Positions 18,710 through 25,678 of a DNA stretch of 64,000 bases are shown one piece after another. The notes beneath the pieces are model-generated. The model searched no databases and was not told the DNA's origin. It was given only the letters and a program-made list of their open reading frames with translations. This stretch comes from a virus. The stretch covers positions 2,644 through 66,643 of IMG/VR virus record IMGVR_UViG_3300042691_043155; one strand, 5' to 3'. Each line of letters begins with the position of its first letter. The first letter of the stretch is position 1. A program made the position numbers and the translations under genes.

Positions 18710-19344
18710 GTATTCTTTAAAAGTAGGTCGGCCGCTGATGTACTGGCGAAACCAAGCGGTTTAGCCCAAGTTCTAAAAGCCATACCTCTTAACCAAGGTG
18801 AGTAACTCTTATAAGCTGAGTTTGATTTGTTTTTACCAGATACACCTTCAAATGGATTAAAGTCGATATGTAAGTCAACTAATTTCCATTCCATTTCATC
18901 ACTAGGAAGAAGTGTTAAGTTTTTGATTACACCTTCTTCTTGGTGTGATGGTACATGAGAGTATTCACCGTTACATTTTAAAAGGTGGTATTTATATCTT
19001 TTTTTCTCAAAGTCAGTTAAATCTTGTCTCACATAGAATTTAGATAACTCTTCTTGTAAATACATACCAACATCATGTAAGTATTGAGCCTCTTTGAAAA
19101 GTCTCTCGTTGTTATCTCTAATTTTTGTTTGAGATTCTCTGAAGAAAACTACGTGTGCTCCTCTACGAATATCAGTATTATACATCATAATAGTAACGGC
19201 ATAAACTGTTCTACGTCTCATTTGTACAGAGTCACACCCAACTGATATAGTTGCGGTTGGATCTTTCTCCAAGTAGTTTTTCAAATATTCTATTATATCA
19301 GGTATGTGTTCACCACCAAACCTTTTAAATCTATCTTTATACAT
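18706..19344 (-). CDS. RNase H-like YkuK (DUF458) family protein
   Basis: ISVGCDS, RLFKEA, LHIDFN, KPLGFASTSAAD. Confidence 0.8.
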   Translation of the reverse strand: MYKDRFKRFGGEHIPDIIEYLKNYLEKDPTATISVGCDSVQMRRRTVYAVTIMMYNTDIRRGAHVVFFRESQTKIRDNNERLFKEAQYLHDVGMYLQEELSKFYVRQDLTDFEKKRYKYHLLKCNGEYSHVPSHQEEGVIKNLTLLPSDEMEWKLVDLHIDFNPFEGVSGKNKSNSAYKSYSPWLRGMAFRTWAKPLGFASTSAADLLLKNT

Positions 19345-19360
19345 CTCATTTTATAATTTT

Positions 19361-19391
19361 AAAAAAGGGGTATCAATTAAGATACCCCTTT
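19361..19391 (-). terminator. Intrinsic terminator
   Basis: aaaggggtatc-aattaa-gatacccct hairpin with U tract on minus strand. Confidence 0.8.
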
Positions 19392-19396
19392 GAAAA

Positions 19397-20557
19397 TTAC
19401 TTACCCTCACCAGGTTTGTTGATTTTCTTGATTTTTCTTAACAATTCTTCGAATTGTAATAAGAAACCTTTCATCTTCTTGTTGTTGATGTCAGCCACGT
19501 TATCTAAAATCCATAACAAGTAAGCTGTTTTTTCATCATCTCCAACTCGTCCTAAGAACTTAACGATGTTACCCAATTGTTTCTCATTAAGTGTTGAGAT
19601 ATCAATTGCTTTTAAAGAGTGGATCAACTCAGAGTTTTTATCTCTGTTGTATTTTTCCAAATCTTTCTTAATACCATCGTAGTTGTTGATTACATCTTGA
19701 ATAGAGATATTCAACATATCTTCACAGTATTGGATGAACTTCATTGCTGAGTTACCAACGTAAGAGTGAGCTACTCTTTTTAAACTTGGTAAGAAGTCTC
19801 TTGGTGAAGCGTTTTTACCAAAGTTTCTTGTGATGAAACGTGATAACATTGTCCAAGAACGTGGTGTAGCGTATCCTTTAACGTTATCAGAAACTTTGTA
19901 GATTTGCTCTGGGTGAGTTTCGATATAAGAAACAATCAAGTTGTGACAGTTCTCTTTTGCGAAATCTTCAATCCATTCGTTTACCCCTAAAGAGTGGTCT
20001 ACGTGGATCAAACGGTTGTTCAAAGCCGCGTCAAACTCTTCTACGTCAGTACCATCTTCGTCACCTAAGTTACCAGATGCCATCATCAGTACGTTATCGT
20101 TGAATTTGAAATCACCAATTTCACGTTCAAGTAAGATTTGTAAAGCCGCGTTTCTTACGAATTGTGGAGCTCTGTTCAACTCTTCAAAGTGAATGATAGT
20201 TGGTTGTTGATTTGACTCGAAAGCCCATTTAGGAACTGCGTATCCAGATACTTTGTACATTTTACCATCGTACTCTAAATCCTCAAGGTAAGGGTACTTA
20301 AAGTCAGATTCATCAGACATTGATAAACGCATATCAAGGTATCTAAATCCTAACTTCTGTGCGATTGATAAACCAATTGCTGATTTAGCGACACCTGGTT
20401 TTGATGTAATGAAAAGTACACCATATTTCGGCCACATAATCGACAAATACTCTCTTTCTTTTTGTGTTAACAAATGTAATTTGTCTAACATCCATTGTGG
20501 CATCATACCTGGTTCTACTGTGTTGACTACATCAACTGTTAAATTATCCATACTCAT
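19397..20557 (-). CDS. MoxR-like AAA+ ATPase
   Basis: SKPGVAKS Walker A variant, IIHFEELNRA Walker B, ASGN, FDAALNNRL, ATPRSW. Confidence 0.9.
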   Translation of the reverse strand: MSMDNLTVDVVNTVEPGMMPQWMLDKLHLLTQKEREYLSIMWPKYGVLFITSKPGVAKSAIGLSIAQKLGFRYLDMRLSMSDESDFKYPYLEDLEYDGKMYKVSGYAVPKWAFESNQQPTIIHFEELNRAPQFVRNAALQILLEREIGDFKFNDNVLMMASGNLGDEDGTDVEEFDAALNNRLIHVDHSLGVNEWIEDFAKENCHNLIVSYIETHPEQIYKVSDNVKGYATPRSWTMLSRFITRNFGKNASPRDFLPSLKRVAHSYVGNSAMKFIQYCEDMLNISIQDVINNYDGIKKDLEKYNRDKNSELIHSLKAIDISTLNEKQLGNIVKFLGRVGDDEKTAYLLWILDNVADINNKKMKGFLLQFEELLRKIKKINKPGEGK

Positions 20558-20592
20558 TTTTTAAAATTGATTTTTTAATTTATAACTTTTAT

Positions 20593-20769
20593 TTATTTAA
20601 ACATTTTTCTGATTTGTTTACCAAGATCTTGGTCATTAGTAAAACTTTTACAGACATCAATATCTCTGTAAAGAGATCTTACTTTACTACCCAATTCCAT
20701 ATCATTGGAATATGAACGTCTTAGTTTTTTAATAACTTCAACATCATCAATTGAGAAAATTTCTACCAT
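20593..20769 (-). CDS. Small hypothetical protein (MVEIFSID...; start corrected)
   Basis: Internal repeat NDMELG/NDQDLG; the ORF track extension runs into a tRNA. Confidence 0.7.
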   Translation of the reverse strand: MVEIFSIDDVEVIKKLRRSYSNDMELGSKVRSLYRDIDVCKSFTNDQDLGKQIRKMFK

Positions 20770-20784
20770 AGTTTTATTTTTTAG

Positions 20785-20857
20785 TAGCGGAGGATGGATT
20801 CGAACCACCGACCTCAAGGTTATGAGCCTTGCGAGCTGACCACTGCTCTACTCCGCG
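20785..20857 (-). tRNA. tRNA-Met(CAT), initiator-like, copy 1
   Basis: Cloverleaf CGCGGAG..CAAGG-CTCATAA-CCTTG..GGTTCGAATCC; C1:U72 mismatch; no encoded CCA. Confidence 0.93.
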
Positions 20858-20866
20858 ATATTTTAG

Positions 20867-20952
20867 TAGCCTCATGTGGATTCGAACCACAGTCTTTAAG
20901 TCGAAAAACTTAATATCCTCACTCTTTCGAGTATCCGCTAGACGATGAAGCC
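20867..20952 (-). tRNA. tRNA-Glu-like with 8-nt anticodon loop (TTTTTCGA) and D-loop hairpin insertion
   Basis: GGCTTCA-TC-GTCT-AGCGGA[TACTC-GAAA-GAGTG]AGGAT-A-TTAAG-TTTTTCGA-CTTAA-AGAC-TGTGG-TTCGAAT-CCACA-TGAGGCT-A. Confidence 0.85.
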
Positions 20953-20962
20953 ATATTTTTAG

Positions 20963-21035
20963 TAGCGGAGGATGGATTCGAACCACCGACCTCAAGGTTA
21001 TGAGCCTTGCGAGCTGACCACTGCTCTACTCCGCG
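20963..21035 (-). tRNA. tRNA-Met(CAT), initiator-like, copy 2
   Basis: Identical to 20785-20857. Confidence 0.93.
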
Positions 21036-21043
21036 ATATTTAG

Positions 21044-21116
21044 TAGCCCTATGTGGATTCGAACCACAGTCTCTTAGTCGAAAAACTAAGTATCCTATCC
21101 GCTAGACGATAGAGCC
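21044..21116 (-). tRNA. tRNA-Glu-like with 8-nt anticodon loop (TTTTTCGA)
   Basis: GGCTCTA-TC-GTCT-AGCGGATA-GGAT-A-CTTAG-TTTTTCGA-CTAAG-AGAC-TGTGG-TTCGAAT-CCACA-TAGGGCT-A. Confidence 0.87.
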
Positions 21117-21122
21117 ATATTT

Positions 21123-21212
21123 GAGTGTTTTAACCAGGGGGTTACCTGAACACTCTTAATATCTACCAGGGGGTTACCTGGATTTTTAGTTGTGCCAGGG
21201 GGTTACCTGGAC
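21123..21212 (-). repeat. Three tandem CAGGTAACCCCCTGG hairpins inside the tRNA operon
   Basis: ccagggggttacctg at 21134, 21166, 21195 (+ strand). Confidence 0.85.
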
Positions 21213-21217
21213 TTTAG

Positions 21218-21305
21218 TAGCCTCATATGGATTCGAACCACAGTCTCTTAATCGAAAAATCAAGTATCCTAAGTGTTTTACAACACACCGCTAGACGATA
21301 AGGCT
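21218..21305 (-). tRNA. tRNA-Glu-like with 8-nt anticodon loop (TTTTTCGA) and D-loop hairpin insertion
   Basis: AGCCTTA-TC-GTCT-AGCGGT[GTGTT-GTAA-AACAC]TTAGGAT-A-CTTGA-TTTTTCGA-TTAAG-AGAC-TGTGG-TTCGAAT-CCATA-TGAGGCT-A. Confidence 0.85.
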
Positions 21306-21330
21306 CATAGGTCGCCATTTTTTATTTTTT

Positions 21331-21376
21331 CAAAGATACGGAAGATTTTTCAATCTACCAAATCTTTTTTAATTTC
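21331..21376 (-). promoter_or_regulatory. Bacteroidota-type sigma70 promoter cassette (-33 TTTG, -7 TATCTTTG)
   Basis: minus strand tttggtagattgaaaaatcttccgtatctttg; near-identical copy at 21785-21830, related copies at ~22008-22045, 22278-22310, 25529-25560. Confidence 0.8.
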
Positions 21377-21394
21377 AAAGAACGTTTTCTTTAG

Positions 21395-21478
21395 TAGCCC
21401 CATGTGGATTCGAACCACAGTCTCTCAGTCGAAGAACTGATTATCCTACCTCTTACGAGTCCGCTAGACGATAGGGCC
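21395..21478 (-). tRNA. tRNA-Glu-like with 8-nt anticodon loop (TTCTTCGA) and D-loop hairpin insertion
   Basis: GGCCCTA-TC-GTCT-AGCGGA[CTC-GTAA-GAG]GTAGGAT-A-ATCAG-TTCTTCGA-CTGAG-AGAC-TGTGG-TTCGAAT-CCACA-TGGGGCT-A. Confidence 0.85.
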
Positions 21479-21523
21479 ATATTTGATTCTGTTAGTCTAA
21501 GCTAAACTACCAGAATACTGGTG

Positions 21524-21606
21524 TTGGAAGGGAGGGATTCGAACCCCCGTACCCTTGCGAGAACAGATTTACAGTCTGTCGGTTTTAACCACTCACCCAC
21601 CTTCCA
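21524..21606 (-). tRNA. tRNA-Tyr(GTA)
   Basis: ACAGA-CTGTAAA-TCTGT anticodon arm, long variable arm TCTC-GCAA-GGG, GGGGGTTCGAATCCCTC. Confidence 0.92.
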
Positions 21607-21695
21607 AGGTTAAAAAAAATAGAGCCAAATCTAACTGACATCCTTCACCGTAAACTAGACGATACTTCGTGTTTTATTTAAACTATCTATTTTAG

Positions 21696-21767
21696 TAGTC
21701 CATAGGAGGATCGAACTCCTATTTTCAGGATGAAAACCTGATATCCTAACCATTAGATGAATGGACC
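21696..21767 (-). tRNA. tRNA-Glu(TTC), canonical 7-nt loop
   Basis: GGTCCAT..TCAGG-TTTTCAT-CCTGA..AGGAG-TTCGATC-CTCCT-ATGGACT-A. Confidence 0.92.
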
Positions 21768-21784
21768 ATTTTTATTTCTTTTAT

Positions 21785-21830
21785 CAAAGATAAGGAAGAT
21801 TTTTCAATCTACCAAATCTTTTTTAATTTC
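21785..21830 (-). promoter_or_regulatory. Bacteroidota-type promoter cassette (copy)
   Basis: 46-bp near-identical repeat of 21331-21376. Confidence 0.8.
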
Positions 21831-21959
21831 TTTTGATTACCCAACCACTCACGTCCTTTTACTCTTGTGGTTAAAGGTCTTGCGGACCACCATAACGGGT
21901 TTGTCATACTAGGAAGACGCTCAGTACACAAACCTTGCTCCTCTCTGAGGTAATCAAAA
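21831..21959 (-). ncRNA. Candidate multi-stem structured RNA
   Basis: Closing stem TTTTGATTACC/GGTAATCAAAA with three internal hairpins; GC-rich in an AT-rich background; no ORF. Confidence 0.6.
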
Positions 21960-21969
21960 ATGTAATATT

Positions 21970-21998
21970 TCAAAGAACTTGTATCAGACGTTTCTGAT
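21970..21998 (-). promoter_or_regulatory. boxB-like hairpin plus boxA-like GTTCTTTGA (antitermination leader)
   Basis: ATCAGA-AACG-TCTGAT followed by AAGTTCTTTGA immediately downstream of the promoter at ~22008; second GTTCTTTGA at 21375-21383. Confidence 0.55.
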
Positions 21999-22045
21999 TT
22001 TGTTTTACAAAGATAAGTAATCTTTTTTAATCTACCAAATCTTTT

Positions 22046-22273
22046 TTATAATCTTTTTCTAACAAATGAATCTACATAATAAACAACTGAAGATCTAACT
22101 TCATCAGACATACCTTTTTCCATAACTCCCTTCTTAACAAGTTTGTTACAAGCTTTTATCTCTTCTGATGTTAAAAGCTTTCTCAAAACACTGGTATCTC
22201 CAAAGTTAATTAAAAAATCTCTTTCTTCTTTTGAAAGTCCCTTAATAACTGATGTAATCTCTTCGTTTATCAT
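22046..22273 (-). CDS. Small hypothetical protein (possible winged-helix)
   Basis: 75-aa ORF directly behind a promoter cassette. Confidence 0.7.
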   Translation of the reverse strand: MINEEITSVIKGLSKEERDFLINFGDTSVLRKLLTSEEIKACNKLVKKGVMEKGMSDEVRSSVVYYVDSFVRKRL

Positions 22274-22310
22274 AAATCAAAGATAAGGATACTTTTTTAA
22301 TCTACCAAAT

Positions 22311-22766
22311 TTATATTAAATAAATGTCACCTGATCCAGGTCTAAACTTTTGTAAGTTTCTTATAGCTGAAGAACTTATATGTGAGAACTCTTCATCACA
22401 TCGAAAGAAAACAACATTTATATCCTTCTTAAAATCCTTAATGAATTTAATCTGGTTATCCTCATAATCTAAGTCATTACCATTTCTTAAACCACGAACA
22501 ATAACAACATTGTACCCGTCTACTTCTTTCTGTTCGATAAACTCATGTAAGAAAGAAGAATAAACCTCAACTGGTCTTTGTAACTTATTACCAATTTCTT
22601 CTGCTCTGATAACAGAAGTAACTGCTGAGTTTTCTTTATCTGTATTTATACCAATCGCAATTAAAACATTACCTTCACCAAAAACTTTCTCAGCCTTTTG
22701 AACAATATTCAAGTGACCTAAGTGAAAGGGATTAAAAGAACCTGGGTAAATTGCTAATGTTTTCAT
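22311..22766 (-). CDS. coaD: Phosphopantetheine adenylyltransferase-like cytidylyltransferase family protein
   Basis: AIYPGSFNPFHLGH, IVRGLRNGNDLDYE, SHISSSAIR. Confidence 0.88.
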   Translation of the reverse strand: MKTLAIYPGSFNPFHLGHLNIVQKAEKVFGEGNVLIAIGINTDKENSAVTSVIRAEEIGNKLQRPVEVYSSFLHEFIEQKEVDGYNVVIVRGLRNGNDLDYEDNQIKFIKDFKKDINVVFFRCDEEFSHISSSAIRNLQKFRPGSGDIYLI

Positions 22767-23194
22767 AATAATTTTTTTAACTTACGATCTCTAATATATG
22801 AGATTAGATTTCTAACATGCCAACTTTGCTTGAATTCATCATCTTTAATATAGAAACATAATTTTTCAAATACAAAATCATCAATTTCTTCCCACTTTTC
22901 TTCTAAAGTTGTAGACCAAGACCAAGCATCAGATCCACTGGATTCAGTTTTACAATAAATATTAGATTTTATTTCTTTTACTAAATTCCAACTACTAATG
23001 TATATTTTCAATGATTGTTCATTAAATTGATTTTTTGTGAAATCTTCATAGTCACAAATAATACATGGAAATACCAAATCTGTTTTATTCAACATATAAG
23101 TATTTGAACTCCGTTTATATTCATTTATCAAATTGTTTAATGGTTCGGGATCACCTATCCGTATAACAATTGATTTACTTACTACTTCCATCAT
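22763..23194 (-). CDS. Hypothetical protein, C-terminal IRDRKLKKLL tag
   Basis: 143-aa ORF. Confidence 0.75.
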   Translation of the reverse strand: MMEVVSKSIVIRIGDPEPLNNLINEYKRSSNTYMLNKTDLVFPCIICDYEDFTKNQFNEQSLKIYISSWNLVKEIKSNIYCKTESSGSDAWSWSTTLEEKWEEIDDFVFEKLCFYIKDDEFKQSWHVRNLISYIRDRKLKKLL

Positions 23195-23204
23195 TGAGAT
23201 TTAG

Positions 23205-23275
23205 CACGGGTACCAAGATTCGAACTCGGAACAACGGTTTTGGAGACCGGCATGATACCATTTCACTATACCCGT
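23205..23275 (-). tRNA. tRNA-Trp(CCA)
   Basis: ACGGGTA..CCGGT-CTCCAAA-ACCGT..CCGAG-TTCGAAT-CTTGG-TACCCGT-G. Confidence 0.92.
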
Positions 23276-23281
23276 GTAACC

Positions 23282-23366
23282 ATGTATGATACCACCGTGT
23301 AAAGTTTCATCACCAGTATCTAATACCTGGGAGAGGAAGAGCTTTTCCACTACTACTCTCATACAT
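23282..23366 (-). ncRNA. Candidate small structured RNA upstream of tRNA-Trp
   Basis: Closing stem ATGTATGA/TCATACAT, internal GGAA/TTCC and CCAG-GTAT/ATAC-TGG hairpins; follows TATATTTG promoter (~23375-23382). Confidence 0.4.
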
Positions 23367-23461
23367 TTCTTATACAAATATAAGCTTTATTTGTTTATAA
23401 ACAACAAAGGAGGTATATATTTTTTAATATATAGTTAAGTGGGAAAAAATAATACTTAACT

Positions 23462-24004
23462 ATGAAAAAAGAAGAACTAGAAAAATATATCAATGAAGGT
23501 ATATCATTAAATCAAATATCAAAAGAAACATGTAAATCTTTAACTACAATAAGGTACTGGGTAAATAAGTATGATCTAAAATCAAACTTTGTTACTTTTA
23601 AAGACCAAGTTAAAACAGAATATGGTGAAACCAGATTTTGTCCAAGATGTGGAAAATATGTTGAAACTAAAAACTTCCATCAGAGAAGAGGAAAAGAAAA
23701 TGGATCATCATATTGCAAACCTTGTACAACTGATCAAACTTTAGAAAGAATGAGAAAATTAAAAAGTCAAATGGTTGAATATAAAGGTGGATGTTGTGTT
23801 AGATGTGGATATAATAAATATATGGGTGCTCTTGAGTTTCACCATTTAGATCCAAGTGAAAAAGATTTTAACCCATCACATTTAAGAAAATATAAGTTTG
23901 ATGATAGAGCTAAAATGGAGTTAGATAAATGTGTTTTAGTTTGTTCAAATTGTCATAGAGAAATACATCACGAACTTAAACAAAAAGAAAAAGAGACACT
24001 TTAG
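23462..24004 (+). CDS. HNH homing endonuclease with N-terminal HTH
   Basis: YKGGCCVRCGY..ALEFHHLDP..ELDKCVLVCSNCHREIH. Confidence 0.92.
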   Translation: MKKEELEKYINEGISLNQISKETCKSLTTIRYWVNKYDLKSNFVTFKDQVKTEYGETRFCPRCGKYVETKNFHQRRGKENGSSYCKPCTTDQTLERMRKLKSQMVEYKGGCCVRCGYNKYMGALEFHHLDPSEKDFNPSHLRKYKFDDRAKMELDKCVLVCSNCHREIHHELKQKEKETL

Positions 24005-24018
24005 AGTGTCTCTTTTTT
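23989..24018. terminator. Bidirectional terminator
   Basis: aaaagagacact-ttag-agtgtctctttttt. Confidence 0.8.
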
Positions 24019-24021
24019 GAG

Positions 24022-24096
24022 TGATTCCGGATGGACTCAAACCATCGACCTATTCATTAGAAGTGAATTGCTACTATTCAACTGAGCTACGGAACC
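24022..24096 (-). tRNA. tRNA-Arg(TCT)
   Basis: GGTTCCG..ATTCA-CTTCTAA-TGAAT..GATGG-TTTGAGT-CCATC-CGGAATC-A. Confidence 0.88.
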
Positions 24097-24152
24097 AAAT
24101 GAGGGTTATTCGAACTCCCTCAAACTTTTTTATATCATGATACAAAGTATCG

Positions 24153-24226
24153 TGGTCCAGTCAGGACTCGAACCTGAGACTTCAACATTATGAGTGTCGC
24201 ACTCTAACCAACTGAGTTACAAGACC
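24153..24226 (-). tRNA. tRNA(CAT), Ile2 or elongator Met
   Basis: GGTCTTG..CGACA-CTCATAA-TGTTG..TCAGG-TTCGAGT-CCTGA-CTGGACC-A. Confidence 0.9.
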
Positions 24227-24366
24227 TAAAGTAGGGAGGCGTCGTCCAGTACGTTACTGAACTACTCCCTCTGGTTACGTTATTTGTTCATTACTATTGT
24301 AACTCAAATAAGAGGCTTGACCAGGCACCATTTGAAAAAAGTGAGAGTATCAACCACACTCTCACA

Positions 24367-24855
24367 TCAGAGTGTAAAATGCTTTGAAAAATCAAAGTCT
24401 CTTACTAAATTTTTTCTTTTAAGACTTCCAATGCCATTATCTTGTACAATCCATATTAAATCTTTCAATCCAGAGATATACTCTTGAATCTTAGGATCTA
24501 AATCTTTAACAAAGGATTCATCACCCGCTATTGACTCAGTATATCTTTTCTTGATACCATCAATCTTAACGTAATATTTTTCACCAGATTTATAAAAGGG
24601 ATAATCATTTACATCTTCAATACAGGTATAAAGTTTGAATTCGCCATTTTCAATTGCTTTGGAGATGGCTTCATCTTCTTCTTTTTCCATCTGATCTCTT
24701 AGATCTTTTAGTTGTGCTCGATACTCTTGAATTTCTTCTTTGTATTCTCTCACATCTAATCCAGAGTCTAATAGTTTAATTAGTATGTTTTGTTTTTCCT
24801 CAGGAGAACTTGAGTTTTCAAATTCTCCTTTGAATGTTTCATACGTGTATTCCAT
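24367..24855 (-). CDS. Hypothetical protein
   Basis: 162-aa ORF. Confidence 0.78.
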   Translation of the reverse strand: MEYTYETFKGEFENSSSPEEKQNILIKLLDSGLDVREYKEEIQEYRAQLKDLRDQMEKEEDEAISKAIENGEFKLYTCIEDVNDYPFYKSGEKYYVKIDGIKKRYTESIAGDESFVKDLDPKIQEYISGLKDLIWIVQDNGIGSLKRKNLVRDFDFSKHFTL

Positions 24856-24866
24856 AGTCTTATTTA

Positions 24867-25490
24867 TTACCCTTTGATAACTTCAACGTTTTTGATTGCT
24901 ACTACTGGTTTAACAGTTTCCATCATTTCAGTAACTTCACCATATTGTTTGAACTTATCAATTGTACCTTTAGCCACAGAGTAAGTTGTAACAGCTTTGA
25001 TAATTTTTTCTCTATCAGACTCTTTAATCTCGTCACAGTTTTCGATTAAAGAAGAAAGGATTTCACCATATTTCTCGATCATTGTTTCGTCGAAAGAGAA
25101 TACTGTTTTTTCTTCAACGATATCTTCACCATAAGCTTCTTTCAATTCTTCAGCTCTTTCTTCGTTGATAGAGATATATTTGTCTGTAGCCAAAAACATG
25201 AACTGTGAAGTTGACCCACTTTCATTCTCTTGACAAATCATTACTGATTCTGGGTTTTTCTTAGTCTTCTCATACTCAGCTGCCCACAATTCTTTAGCGA
25301 TGTCTTTCAATTCATCTGAAATCAAATCAGCTTTAGCTTTAGCAGATTTCATAGTTTCTTGCAAAGACTCCAATTTCTCAACTTTTTCGAAGAAAGTTGG
25401 ATCTTCAACAACTAATCTTACTTTCTTATCTTTCGCTGAAGTTTTCTTAACTGGTGTTGATTTTTTCGCCTTGTCAAATAAAGAAGCCAT
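24867..25490 (-). CDS. Hypothetical protein (start corrected to MASLFDKAKK), likely early gene
   Basis: Host-type promoter cassette at 25529-25560 lies inside the ORF-track extension. Confidence 0.8.
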   Translation of the reverse strand: MASLFDKAKKSTPVKKTSAKDKKVRLVVEDPTFFEKVEKLESLQETMKSAKAKADLISDELKDIAKELWAAEYEKTKKNPESVMICQENESGSTSQFMFLATDKYISINEERAEELKEAYGEDIVEEKTVFSFDETMIEKYGEILSSLIENCDEIKESDREKIIKAVTTYSVAKGTIDKFKQYGEVTEMMETVKPVVAIKNVEVIKG

Positions 25491-25678
25491 AATATAAAGT
25501 TTTAAAGTTATTTTCTGTTTCTGTTTATCAAAGATAAGGAGACTTTTATATTTTACCAAACTTTTTAGAAACTTTTTTTAATTTCTTTTTGTCGGTATGT
25601 CTCTCTCACATTGACAATACAAATATAAGGAACTTTTATAAATAACCAAGGGGATACATGAGATTTAATATATAAATT

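Noticed and set aside
20774-20995. ORF-track ORFs MRSVVRIHPPLLK...
   Set aside because: They are translations of tRNA genes
21123-21212. CRISPR array
   Set aside because: Repeat is 15-16 nt with ~13-17-nt spacers, only three copies, no cas genes in the window
21620-21675. Additional tRNA-Glu-like gene (TATCGTCTAG..AGGATGTCAG)
   Set aside because: Only a D-arm-like fragment; no T arm or acceptor stem, at most a remnant
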